Source: Bacteroidota bacterium (GTDB lineage Bacteria > Bacteroidota > Bacteroidia > Flavobacteriales_D > UBA2798). Taken from it: DNA of 64,000 bases. The translations under genes and the position numbers were made by a program. This document shows positions 1-9,313 of this stretch, piece by piece. Where the stretch lies: positions 3,723 through 67,722 of the forward strand of contig JBMORL010000100.1 in the NCBI GenBank assembly GCA_049322335.1. Reading direction: 5' to 3'. The number at the start of each line of letters is the position of its first letter. Within the stretch, counting starts at the first letter, position 1. The notes beneath the pieces are model-generated. The model was not told the origin of the DNA. It searched no databases and saw only the letters and a list, made by a program, of their open reading frames with translations.

Positions 1-688
1 ACCTTCCATTAACCGGAAATTTTATCCCAACAGCAAAATAGTTAACAACCATGGTTTTGAAATCCAGTTAAGCGAATACTGGGACGGACAATACAAAGTA
101 ACCGAACGCGAATTACAATCCGAATATTTTGTCAATTTCCAGAATTCGGCAAGTATAACAGCGGGAGTCACCCACAATAAAGTGAAATTATTTTTCGACC
201 TGGATGTTACCTTTTCAGGCGACTCTGCTTTAACAGCCGGATATTATAATTATAATTATGCTTATCTCGAATTTAATTCCAACCTGCGAAAAAAATTCAA
301 TGTAACCGGTTATGCAGATTACGGAGCTTACTATACCGGAAAAAAAATAACCGGAAGCATTGATCTTAATTTTAGAAAACAACCCTGGGGAATTTTTGCC
401 ATAAGCGCGCAAGCCAACAGTATTAACATGCCTGAAGGTTTTGCAGATGTAAACTATTTACTGGTGGGCCCGAAATTTGAATTCTCTTTTACGCGATCGC
501 TTTTCTTTACCACATTTATTCAATACAATACCCAGATCGAAAACGTAAATATTAACTCGAGATTTCAATGGCGCTTCAAACCCATGTCTGATCTATTTAT
601 TGTTTACACCGAGAACTATAATTCCTACAATATCGGCATCAAAAACCGGGCGCTGGCAGTGAAGCTGGTGTATTGGCTGAATGTTTAA
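1..688 (+). CDS. C-terminal part of an outer-membrane beta-barrel protein (DUF5916-like); 5' truncated by the window
   Basis: Frame is open from position 2 (PSINRKFYPNS...) to TAA at 688; alternating beta-strand pattern; C-terminus NINSRFQWRFKPMSDLFIVY...KLVYWLNV resembles DUF5916 proteins. Confidence 0.7.
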   Translation, partial: PSINRKFYPNSKIVNNHGFEIQLSEYWDGQYKVTERELQSEYFVNFQNSASITAGVTHNKVKLFFDLDVTFSGDSALTAGYYNYNYAYLEFNSNLRKKFNVTGYADYGAYYTGKKITGSIDLNFRKQPWGIFAISAQANSINMPEGFADVNYLLVGPKFEFSFTRSLFFTTFIQYNTQIENVNINSRFQWRFKPMSDLFIVYTENYNSYNIGIKNRALAVKLVYWLNV

Positions 689-871
689 GATTTTTTGGGC
701 AGGGTTAAAGCTTAAGCGGTTTTAATTTTAAAACCCCCGTTGCATAACTACAGTCAGCCAACTGAAAACTACCAGCTTTAATTCTTCAATAAACTCAGAA
801 ACAGCTTACAAATCCCCCTTCTATCTACTCAGCCTCCATACAAAAAAAGAATACATACTTATCAGCAATTA

Positions 872-900
872 ACTGCCTCCTGCCACTGCCAACTGCTGCT
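872..900 (+). repeat. CTGCC-family short repeat tract (ACTGCCTCCTGCCACTG)
   Basis: 16/17 identical to 27081-27097; related copies on the opposite strand at 25239-25255 and 26621-26637. Confidence 0.7.
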
Positions 901-978
901 ATCCCCTAATCAACACCTGTTAATAAGTCGCCTTAACAGAACCCTGATTTTTACTACTTTTACGCCTTAACCGGACAC

Positions 979-1425
979 ATGTCGCCATCGGAGACAAAAG
1001 ATACCGTAAAACAGATTTTTCAGGGGTATTTAGAGCAGCACGGCCACCGCAAGACTCCTGAACGTTTTGCCATACTCAATGAAATTTACGATTACGAAGG
1101 GCATTTTGATATCGAATCATTGTATATCAAGATGAAAAATAAAAAATACCGCGTGAGTCGCGCCACCCTTTACAATACCATCGAATTGCTGCTGGCCTGC
1201 GATCTGGTAACCAAACACCAGTTCGGAAAAAACCTGGCCCAGTTCGAAAAATCCTATTCAAAAAAGCAACACGACCATGTCATTTGTACCGATACCGGTG
1301 AAGTACTCGAATTTTGCGACCCCAGGATTCAGCACATCAAAAAAACCATCGAAGATATTTTTGGTGTCACCGTTATGCATCATTCCCTTTATTTTTACGC
1401 TACCAAAAACACTTCAAAAAAATAA
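979..1425 (+). CDS. fur: Fur family transcriptional repressor
   Basis: [22 protein letters not shown] winged helix, HDHVIC metal site; upstream of purA as usual in Bacteroidota. Confidence 0.93.
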   Translation: MSPSETKDTVKQIFQGYLEQHGHRKTPERFAILNEIYDYEGHFDIESLYIKMKNKKYRVSRATLYNTIELLLACDLVTKHQFGKNLAQFEKSYSKKQHDHVICTDTGEVLEFCDPRIQHIKKTIEDIFGVTVMHHSLYFYATKNTSKK

Positions 1426-1430
1426 CCGCT

Positions 1431-1778
1431 ATGGAATTCAGTTTTAAAATCACCAGCGAAACCCCGGTTGTAAAAATCGAACTTTACGGCCGCCTGATGG
1501 ATAAAGCCCATGCCAGCGAATTGCTGTCGAAAATGGATGCGCTGATTTTGGAAGGAAAAAATAGATTCATTCTTAATCTCACCGCCATGGATTATATGAA
1601 CTCCTCCGGATTGAATACCATGGTGAATATGCTTACCAAGGCACGCAGTAAAGGCGGAGAAGTACTGGTGGCCAACGTGTCGAAAAAAGTGAAGGAACTT
1701 TTCATCATCACCAAACTCAACACACTTTTCACCGTAACCGAAAACATGGAAGAAGCAGAAAAACATTTTTCAAATTAA
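1431..1778 (+). CDS. STAS-domain anti-sigma factor antagonist
   Basis: LNLTAMDYMNSSGL phosphoacceptor motif; ATG at 1431 preferred over the longer ORF that overlaps fur. Confidence 0.88.
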   Translation: MEFSFKITSETPVVKIELYGRLMDKAHASELLSKMDALILEGKNRFILNLTAMDYMNSSGLNTMVNMLTKARSKGGEVLVANVSKKVKELFIITKLNTLFTVTENMEEAEKHFSN

Positions 1779-1828
1779 CTTCTGCCAACTTAATAACTTT
1801 TTCAATTTTTAAACTATTCAACTATCAC

Positions 1829-3112
1829 ATGAAAGCAGACGTTTTATTAGGATTACAATGGGGTGACGAGGGCAAAGGAAAAATTGTGGATGTACTCACA
1901 CCCAAATACGATATTATCGGACGGTTCCAGGGAGGCCCCAATGCAGGACATACACTTGAGTTCAACGGCATCAAACACGTTTTACATACCATTCCCTCGG
2001 GAATATTTCATGAAAACGTTATTAATCTCGTGGGCAATGGTGTGGTGATTGACCCCGTGGTGCTGAAAAAAGAAATTGATGCACTGAAAAAGCTGGACGT
2101 GGATGTAAAAAACCGGCTGCTGATTTCCAAAAAAGCACACCTCATTCTTCCCACCCACCGCCTGATTGATGCCGCTTCAGAAGCATCAAAAGGAAAAGAA
2201 AAAATCGGAAGCACACTGAAAGGAATTGGCCCCACTTACATGGATAAAACCGGACGTAACGGCCTGCGTATTGGTGATATTTTTTCACCCAACTTTCCTA
2301 ACAAGTATAAAGCACTGGTGGAAAAACACGAGAAAATACTTTCTTTTCACCACTTCGAATATAACCTTGCTGAACACGAACCCGCTTTTTTTGAAGGCAT
2401 TGAAATGATCAGGCAACTGACGGTGACAGACAGCGAACTGTTCATCAACAAACAACTGGCTAACGGTAAACGGGTTTTAGCAGAAGGAGCGCAAGGTGCA
2501 TTGCTCGATGTGGATTTTGGTTCATATCCTTTTGTCACTTCCTCCAATACAACAACAGCGGGCGCATGTACGGGTTTGGGTATTGCTCCCAATAAAATTG
2601 GTGATGTAATCGGCATTTTTAAAGCTTATTGCACCCGCGTGGGCAGCGGCCCCTTTCCTACCGAACTGCACGATGAAACAGGCGAACAGTTGCGCAAACA
2701 GGGAAATGAATTCGGTTCCACTACCGGACGACCGAGACGTTGCGGATGGATCGATCTTCCTGCACTTCGTTATGCCATTATGGTAAATGGTGTAACTTCG
2801 CTGGCTATGATGAAAGCCGATGTGCTAAACAACTTTGAAACCATAAAAGTATGCACTCATTACGAAATGGATGGAAAACCCGTTGATGAAATGCCTTACG
2901 ATCTTGTAAATGTGGAAGTAAACCCAATTTATAAGGAACTCAAAGGCTGGAACTGTTCTACTGATGGTATTTCAGAATTTGACAATCTTCCTGCAGAACT
3001 CAAAAACTACATTCATTACCTTGAAAAAGAACTAAATGTTCCCATCACTGTAGTGTCGGTAGGCCCCGACCGCCTGCAAACACTTGTCCGCGGATCGTTA
3101 GTAAATGCCTGA
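1829..3112 (+). CDS. purA: Adenylosuccinate synthetase
   Basis: QWGDEGKGK, GGPNAGHT, EGAQG, TTGRPRRCGW motifs. Confidence 0.99.
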   Translation: MKADVLLGLQWGDEGKGKIVDVLTPKYDIIGRFQGGPNAGHTLEFNGIKHVLHTIPSGIFHENVINLVGNGVVIDPVVLKKEIDALKKLDVDVKNRLLISKKAHLILPTHRLIDAASEASKGKEKIGSTLKGIGPTYMDKTGRNGLRIGDIFSPNFPNKYKALVEKHEKILSFHHFEYNLAEHEPAFFEGIEMIRQLTVTDSELFINKQLANGKRVLAEGAQGALLDVDFGSYPFVTSSNTTTAGACTGLGIAPNKIGDVIGIFKAYCTRVGSGPFPTELHDETGEQLRKQGNEFGSTTGRPRRCGWIDLPALRYAIMVNGVTSLAMMKADVLNNFETIKVCTHYEMDGKPVDEMPYDLVNVEVNPIYKELKGWNCSTDGISEFDNLPAELKNYIHYLEKELNVPITVVSVGPDRLQTLVRGSLVNA

Positions 3113-3132
3113 TCTAAAAACATTAACGCGGA

Positions 3133-4479
3133 GTGGCTAAACTTCGGAAAAATAGTTTTACCGATAAAAAAGAAGTCAACCGCCTTGCTGTACCGGCTAT
3201 TATTGCTTCTACTTCCGAACCCATTATTTCGTTTATAGACAATGCCATTATCGCCAATTCCAGCAATGGCGACTCTACTTCACTGGGAGCAGTAGCGCTC
3301 GGTTCTTCCTTTTTTCTTTCCCTCATCTGGGTGTTTTCACAAACCCGAACAGCCATGTCAACCATCATGGCCCGCTACTTTGGTGCCAAAAAAATTAATG
3401 ATGTAAAATCACTCGTCCCACAGGCTATAGTGATGAATTTTTTATTGGGCGTTTTTATTTATTTTCTTACCAATACTTTTATTTCACTTATTTTTTCGAT
3501 GCAAAATGCCACGGGAGAATTACTGGAAGAAACCATTTCCTATTTTTCCATCCGGTCCATCGGTTTTCCAATTGCACTGGCAACATTAATGATGTTCGGA
3601 ATTTTTCGTGGCATTCAAAATACATTATGGGCTATGATCATCACTCTTATCGGTGCCGGTTTGAATATCATTCTTGACTTGCTTTTCCTTAACGGCTATG
3701 AAGGAATTATCGAGCCAATGGGAGTACGGGGAGTAGCGCTGGCCAGTTTAATTTCACAGGTAGTGATGTTTTTACTTTCGTTCTGGGTGCTGTTTAAAAA
3801 AACACCATTTCGTTTCAAGCTGGAATTTATGCTGCATCCCGAAGTGTTCACTTTGCTTAAAATGGCTTTAAACCTCGTGGTTCGTTCCATTGCTGTAAAC
3901 ACCTGTTATCTTGTTTCAGGTTCCGTTTCTGCTTCCTATGGCGAAGATTATATTGCCGTACAGGGAATCTTTATGAATATCTGGTTGTTCAGCGCATTTT
4001 TTGTAGAAGGTTATTGTATTGCAGGAAATGCTCTTGCAGGAAAATATTATGGTGAAGGAAATATGGACAAGCTCAGCGTGCTATCAAAATATATGTTGCG
4101 AAATTCTGTTTTATTAGGCGTTTATCTTGCCTTGTTTTGCTTTGCCACTTATTGGTTTATCGGCCAGCTGTTCCTGGAAACAGATAGCACTCTCACTATT
4201 TTCTATTCAACATTTTGGCTGGTTATTCTTGTAATGCCGCTCAACGCCTATGCCTTTACCTATGATGAATTACTGAAGGGTATCGGCAGTGTCCGCTACA
4301 TAAGAAATACCATTATCCTGGCCACTACAACCGGTTTTATTCCCACTATTTTCCTTTTTCACTATATGGGGTTTAAACTTCATTCCGTTTGGATCGCTTT
4401 TTGCGTATGGATGATTTTCAGGGGAACAAGGCTCATGCGATATTTTAATGTAACTTACGGACAGAAAACTGCAGGATGA
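3133..4479 (+). CDS. MATE family (DinF-like) efflux transporter
   Basis: About 12 hydrophobic segments; LAVPAII..EP...D and GIFRGIQNT motifs. Confidence 0.9.
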   Translation: MAKLRKNSFTDKKEVNRLAVPAIIASTSEPIISFIDNAIIANSSNGDSTSLGAVALGSSFFLSLIWVFSQTRTAMSTIMARYFGAKKINDVKSLVPQAIVMNFLLGVFIYFLTNTFISLIFSMQNATGELLEETISYFSIRSIGFPIALATLMMFGIFRGIQNTLWAMIITLIGAGLNIILDLLFLNGYEGIIEPMGVRGVALASLISQVVMFLLSFWVLFKKTPFRFKLEFMLHPEVFTLLKMALNLVVRSIAVNTCYLVSGSVSASYGEDYIAVQGIFMNIWLFSAFFVEGYCIAGNALAGKYYGEGNMDKLSVLSKYMLRNSVLLGVYLALFCFATYWFIGQLFLETDSTLTIFYSTFWLVILVMPLNAYAFTYDELLKGIGSVRYIRNTIILATTTGFIPTIFLFHYMGFKLHSVWIAFCVWMIFRGTRLMRYFNVTYGQKTAG

Positions 4480-5699
4480 AAAAATGGACAGTAATTATAT
4501 TGCTGATCGTTTCAGCTGAACTTTCGGCACAAAAGAAAGATTCGGTGGAAAAAGCCATTTCTTTGCTCGAAAAAGAATTGCACGACCTGCATTCGGCTAC
4601 TTCACAAAAACAGGATCAACTCGAAAAATTAAAATTCCTTTTCATTCATTCGCTGATTAATGAAACCGGAACTCCTCTGCGATCTTCACAAAAAACCACC
4701 GTCATCAAACATCGCGCAATGGTTTTATCTTATAACGAACACCACGAACAAAGCGAATGGGTGATGCACGTTATATTGCCCGATATCGCCACCGGAAACG
4801 TTAGCCGCACCAACGATTTTCGCGAAGATAGTTTGGTTGCCACCGGAACAGCTGTAAAAAGTGATTACTGGTATAGCGGTTACGATCGCGGCCACCTTGC
4901 CCCTTCAGCCGATTTCCGCTGGTCGGCTACGGCACTCAGCGAGTCTTATTTCTATTCCAACATGTCGCCTCAAAAACCCGAACTCAACCGCGAAAGATGG
5001 TCGCAGGCGGAGGACCTTTTGCGTGCTTATGTAATAAAACACAACTCTCCTTTGATTGTAGTTACCGGCCCTGTATTACATGATACACTGAAACAGATAG
5101 GAGATAACAAAGTATCGGTTCCGGCACTTTTCTATAAAGCCGCCTTTGACCCAAAAACCGGGAATGCAATTGGACTGGTGATGCCCAACCTCGAATGCGA
5201 ATACCCCGTTTTAAGCTACCTGGTTCCCATCGACAGTATAGAAAAACTCACCGGGCTTGACTTTTTTTCATCGGTTTCAAAAGAAAAACAAAATGCTTTC
5301 GAAGCGTTAAAAAATCCTGATCCGTGGAAAACCGCCAAAGAAGAGGGAAACGCCTTACCTCTTGATCCTGAGAAGCTTCCCAAAGGAAAACTCAATACTA
5401 TCCAGGCTCAATATCATATTGGCGAAAAGGTAACGGTTTGCGGGACAGTTGTTTCTACCAAGTATGCTGAAAAATCGGGAGCAACCTTTATCAACCTCGA
5501 CCGTCAATTTCCTGACCAGGTGTTCACAATAGCCATTTGGAAGCAAAACCGGGCTAATTTCTCGTATAAGCCCGAAGAATACCTGAAAGGGCATGTTATT
5601 TGTGTGACAGGGGAATTAAAGGACAATAAAGGAAAACCCCAGGTGGAAATTAACAACGAGAGTGCGATAATAATTGTGGAGATGGATGGGGATGAATGA
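4476..5699 (+). CDS. Secreted DNA/RNA non-specific endonuclease with a C-terminal OB-fold-like domain
   Basis: Signal peptide; DRGHLAP and NMSPQ motifs; C-terminal HIGEKVTVCGTV...TFINL...GKPQVEI OB-fold pattern. Confidence 0.9.
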   Translation: MKKWTVIILLIVSAELSAQKKDSVEKAISLLEKELHDLHSATSQKQDQLEKLKFLFIHSLINETGTPLRSSQKTTVIKHRAMVLSYNEHHEQSEWVMHVILPDIATGNVSRTNDFREDSLVATGTAVKSDYWYSGYDRGHLAPSADFRWSATALSESYFYSNMSPQKPELNRERWSQAEDLLRAYVIKHNSPLIVVTGPVLHDTLKQIGDNKVSVPALFYKAAFDPKTGNAIGLVMPNLECEYPVLSYLVPIDSIEKLTGLDFFSSVSKEKQNAFEALKNPDPWKTAKEEGNALPLDPEKLPKGKLNTIQAQYHIGEKVTVCGTVVSTKYAEKSGATFINLDRQFPDQVFTIAIWKQNRANFSYKPEEYLKGHVICVTGELKDNKGKPQVEINNESAIIIVEMDGDE

Positions 5700-5743
5700 A
5701 AAATTTGTAAATTAGTGCTCACTTAAAATAAAAATTAAAAGCT

Positions 5744-6109
5744 ATGAAAAACATACGCGCCCTTTTACTTGGATTAGTTGCCGTTTTTGCATTGAATACT
5801 GCAATGGCAGGCGAAGAAAAAACCAATGAAATGAAGGCTAAGGACAAAACCAAAACCCTTACCGCCCAGGTTGGTTTAACAGCAGAACAGGTTCCACAGG
5901 TAGAAGCTCTGTATCTGGAAGGATTCAACAAACTTGACCAGGTGAAGGCAGAGAAAACTACTGTTACCAACGAAGATAAACAAGCTATTATTGCTGAGCA
6001 GGAAGCGAAACTGAAAACCATTCTTTCTGAAGAACAATGGGCTAAATATGAATCAGTGAAAGCACGCAGAGCTGAAAAAGCCACAAAAGTTACTACAACT
6101 ACAAAATAG
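5744..6109 (+). CDS. Small secreted helical hypothetical protein
   Basis: Signal peptide; LGLTAEQ and LKTILSEEQWAKYE (LTxxQ-like helical repeats). Confidence 0.75.
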   Translation: MKNIRALLLGLVAVFALNTAMAGEEKTNEMKAKDKTKTLTAQVGLTAEQVPQVEALYLEGFNKLDQVKAEKTTVTNEDKQAIIAEQEAKLKTILSEEQWAKYESVKARRAEKATKVTTTTK

Positions 6110-6129
6110 TTTTTCCCTTATAAAAACCG

Positions 6130-6158
6130 AAAGGGACGCTTTGGCGTCCCTTTTTTTA
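6130..6158. terminator. Intrinsic terminator, probably bidirectional
   Basis: AAGGGACGC-TTTG-GCGTCCCTT perfect stem followed by a T-run, between convergent genes. Confidence 0.88.
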
Positions 6159-6341
6159 TTAGTTAATAATCAGTTGATGGTGTTGTTTCCCGAAAGTTTT
6201 GAGTACCCAGGCTTTTAACTCTTTCACATCTTCTTCCACGAGTTTGTTAATGGCTTTGTAGTACTCTTTCTGAAACAACTTCTGGTCGAAGCTCACTCTC
6301 TCGAGAATAAACTTCGTGTACTCCAGGGCGGTTTTCTTCAT
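6159..6341 (-). CDS. Conserved small Bacteroidota hypothetical protein
   Basis: LEYTKFILERVSFDQKLFQKE resembles a recurrent small-protein family; ECF-like promoter upstream and terminator downstream. Confidence 0.7.
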   Translation of the reverse strand: MKKTALEYTKFILERVSFDQKLFQKEYYKAINKLVEEDVKELKAWVLKTFGKQHHQLIIN

Positions 6342-6374
6342 GCTTGCATTGGTTTGTGGTCTTCAAAATGTTTT

Positions 6375-6400
6375 AACGAAGGAAACGGGGTTGGGTTTCA
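6375..6400 (-). promoter_or_regulatory. Putative ECF sigma promoter TGAAAC-N16-CGTT
   Basis: Minus strand reads TGAAAC ccaaccccgtttcctt CGTT, 33 nt upstream of the ATG at 6341. Confidence 0.55.
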
Positions 6401-6485
6401 AAAATTTTATTTTTTTAAAAAAAATGTTTTGGGCTATAGTTCGAAATGTGGGATTTACAATCCTTCGCCCCATCACTTTGGATTT

Positions 6486-7352
6486 TTAATCCAACACCAC
6501 CACCAAATATTTTGAAATACTCCAGAAATCCTCTGCATCCAGGATCTCAATTTTTTCCTTATTGGAGTCTGTCCCTGTCACTTTATAGGAGGCGGGAGGA
6601 TGTGTTGTCAGTATCTGCATCTTTTTTCCACCGAGCATGATCTCTTTCACTTTGGTGATATCTACCTGGGTGAAATAATCTTTGTTCATATCCTCTCTGA
6701 GCTTTATCATTCTTCCCAAACCAATAAATCCGCCTTCTTTGGTGATAATGCCATTTTCCTTCAATTCTTTTGTAGAACCTATCACATAAAAAGCTTTGTT
6801 CAGTTCAGCTTCCTGGTCTTCCACAACAGCTACAGTTTCATTTAAAGTAGCGGTCAGTTCATCCATTGCAATATCGAACTGTGTCAATTCTTCACGCAAA
6901 GAAGCAATGATCTGGTCCTGGTCGTTAATCTTTGTCAACAGGTTTTCGATCATTTTTTCCAGTTCACCAATCTTCATATCACCTTTTTTGAGTTTTCCTC
7001 TCAGGTTGGCAATTTTCCCCTTATTTTCTTCCATCAGCGAGTTGATGATAGTGATCTCTTCGATGATGCGTGTCTTCTGGTCTTCTGCCAGCTCGGGGTC
7101 GTTGTTGCGGCTCAGGTTAATGATATTTTCCTTCTGGCGGATGAGCGAAAGGTTGTCTTCGATCTCATTCAATGTGCGAATGGACTCGTTATATGCCTCG
7201 TCTTTCTCGGCCAGTTCTTTTTTCAGTTTATCATTTTCCGTTTTCAGCTGATCCATTTCGGGATTGGAAGCTTCGCCCGTGCCGGTTTTGGTTTCGGCAG
7301 TACAGGAAAATAAAAATACTGCGGTGGCAGCAACAAAAAATAACTTCTTCAT
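6486..7352 (-). CDS. Coiled-coil lipoprotein, Cbp1-like (Bacteroides collagen-binding adhesin family)
   Basis: Lipobox LFSC; long heptad region; C-terminal FYVIGSTKELKE...THP..SY...FWSISKYLVVV. Confidence 0.75.
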   Translation of the reverse strand: MKKLFFVAATAVFLFSCTAETKTGTGEASNPEMDQLKTENDKLKKELAEKDEAYNESIRTLNEIEDNLSLIRQKENIINLSRNNDPELAEDQKTRIIEEITIINSLMEENKGKIANLRGKLKKGDMKIGELEKMIENLLTKINDQDQIIASLREELTQFDIAMDELTATLNETVAVVEDQEAELNKAFYVIGSTKELKENGIITKEGGFIGLGRMIKLREDMNKDYFTQVDITKVKEIMLGGKKMQILTTHPPASYKVTGTDSNKEKIEILDAEDFWSISKYLVVVLD

Positions 7353-7443
7353 GGGTTGACAGTTTTCACAAATTTAACAATATTCGCATTTGTGTACATT
7401 TACGGAAAATAGAACATTCGTCACACTTGATAAAGCAATGCCC

Positions 7444-9240
7444 ATGAAAGCCCTTTTCACCCTGTTTTTCCTCGGTTTTACGCTGGTTTCGCCTGCTGTA
7501 AAGATCAATTACATCCTTTCCATGGAAAATCCACACCAACACTATTTCAGGGTGGATATGGTGGTTACAGAGTTTAACGGAAAGTATGCCGATTTTAAAA
7601 TGCCCGTTTGGGCCCCGGGCTCATACCTGGTTCGTGAGTTTTCCAAAAACGTAGATTGGGTGGAGGCAAAAGCAGATGACCGCGGGCTGAAATGTTATAA
7701 AACAGACAAAAATACATGGCGGGTAGAAACCAATGGATCAAAACACCTGGTCTTTTCCTATAAAATCTACGCATACGAGTTGTCCGTTAGAACCAGTTTC
7801 CTTGATGCCGATCACGCGCATGTACACGGAGCCGGTGTGTTCATGTACCTGGATAAAATGAAAAACGTTCCGGGAGAACTCACTGTTCATATTCCGAAAA
7901 AATGGAAAAAAATCAGCTGTGGGTTGGAGCAAATCGTAAAAAAACAAAATCATGAAGGGCTGCGGGATGAAAGATTATATTTTTCTTTCCCGGATTATGA
8001 TGTGTTGATCGATGCTCCGCTTGAGATCGGCAATCACACTTCCTTTTATTTCGATGCAGCCGGATGCCGTCATGAAGTGGCTATGTTCGGTGAAGGAAAT
8101 TACGACACCACTCAACTGAAAAAAGATATGAAAATTGTGGTGGAAAAAGCTACTGAAGTATATGGCGAAAACCCCAATAAAAAATACGTTTTTATTGTAC
8201 ATAACCTCACCAACGGCAGTGGCGGACTGGAACACCTCAACTCCACTACACTACAGGTAAACAGATGGACTTATTCACCCGAAAAATACAATTCATTCCT
8301 TAGCCTTGTTGCGCATGAGTATTTTCATTTATGGAATGTAAAAAGAGCAAGGGCCAATACGTTAGGCCCGTTTGATTATGATAACGAAAACTACACCACT
8401 CTTTTGTGGGTTATGGAAGGATTTACCAGTTACTATGATGAATTATTGCTGAAACGTGCCGGTTATTACAACCAGAACGAATACCTGCGAACACTCACCG
8501 GCTCACTCTCACAACTTGAAAATTCTCCCGGAAGCAAAGTGCAGTCGGTGGCAGAATCAAGTTTTGATGCGTGGATAAAAGGGTATCGCCCCAATGAAAA
8601 CAGCAACAATACTTCTATTTCCTATTATACCAAAGGTTCGGTGCTGGGCGCATTGCTCGACCTTGAAATTATTACTTCCACAAAAGGAGAAAAAAACCTG
8701 GACGACCTGATGGATTATGTTTATGAAACCTACTACAAAAAAGAAAAACGGGGTTTCAATGAATCAGAGTTCAAACTGGCGGCAGAAAAAATAGCCGGAA
8801 AAAAACTCGATACTTTTTTCAACGATTATGTTTACAGCACCAAAGAAGTAAATTACAACTATTACCTCAACCAGGTGGGATTACAACTCGAAAAAAAATC
8901 ACGAATTACCGAACCCTGGCTTGGAATAAGAGCCAGTGATACAGATGGCAAACTCATCATCAACAACGTTACTGCCGGAGGTTCGGGATACGAAAGCGGG
9001 CTGAATGTAAACGATGAAATTATTGCCGTAAACAATTATCGTGTGGATAATGCCGGCATGAACAAACTGGTGGGTGTGCTGGACATAGGAGATGAAGCAG
9101 AATTTCTTATCAGCCGCGATAATGTTTTAAGAACCATAAAAGTAAAAATGACCGGTAATCCCATGCATGAATATAAAATTACCGCACTACCCTCTCCCAC
9201 CGAAGAACAATTACTACTCCAGAAAAAGTGGCTGGAGTAA
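7444..9240 (+). CDS. M61 family glycyl aminopeptidase with PDZ domain
   Basis: PVWAPGSY, GGLEH, HEYFHLWNVKR, LWVMEGFTSYY; C-terminal GLNVNDEIIAVN PDZ; signal peptide from ATG 7444. Confidence 0.93.
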   Translation: MKALFTLFFLGFTLVSPAVKINYILSMENPHQHYFRVDMVVTEFNGKYADFKMPVWAPGSYLVREFSKNVDWVEAKADDRGLKCYKTDKNTWRVETNGSKHLVFSYKIYAYELSVRTSFLDADHAHVHGAGVFMYLDKMKNVPGELTVHIPKKWKKISCGLEQIVKKQNHEGLRDERLYFSFPDYDVLIDAPLEIGNHTSFYFDAAGCRHEVAMFGEGNYDTTQLKKDMKIVVEKATEVYGENPNKKYVFIVHNLTNGSGGLEHLNSTTLQVNRWTYSPEKYNSFLSLVAHEYFHLWNVKRARANTLGPFDYDNENYTTLLWVMEGFTSYYDELLLKRAGYYNQNEYLRTLTGSLSQLENSPGSKVQSVAESSFDAWIKGYRPNENSNNTSISYYTKGSVLGALLDLEIITSTKGEKNLDDLMDYVYETYYKKEKRGFNESEFKLAAEKIAGKKLDTFFNDYVYSTKEVNYNYYLNQVGLQLEKKSRITEPWLGIRASDTDGKLIINNVTAGGSGYESGLNVNDEIIAVNNYRVDNAGMNKLVGVLDIGDEAEFLISRDNVLRTIKVKMTGNPMHEYKITALPSPTEEQLLLQKKWLE

Positions 9241-9261
9241 GAATCCGTTTAGTTATAAAAT

Positions 9262-9296
9262 AAAAAAACCGGATGAACATTCACCCGGCTCTTTTT
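9262..9296. terminator. Intrinsic terminator between convergent genes
   Basis: CCGGATGAA-CA-TTCACCCGG stem flanked by A and T runs. Confidence 0.7.
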
Positions 9297-9313
9297 AATT
9301 TCTTTCTTATTTA

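Noticed and set aside
1270..1320. Fur with incomplete CxxC zinc motifs (CTDTG)
   Set aside because: A variant I recall as common in Flavobacteriia Fur proteins; not evidence of decay
1314..1430. Long N-terminal extension of the STAS ORF overlapping fur
   Set aside because: ATG at 1431 gives a normal-length STAS protein; the extension is an ORF-caller artefact
5719..7251. Long antisense ORFs (5719-6084, 6796-7251 and similar ones across the window)
   Set aside because: Codon-mirror shadows of Lys/Glu-rich genes with Ser/Phe-rich translations and no independent signals
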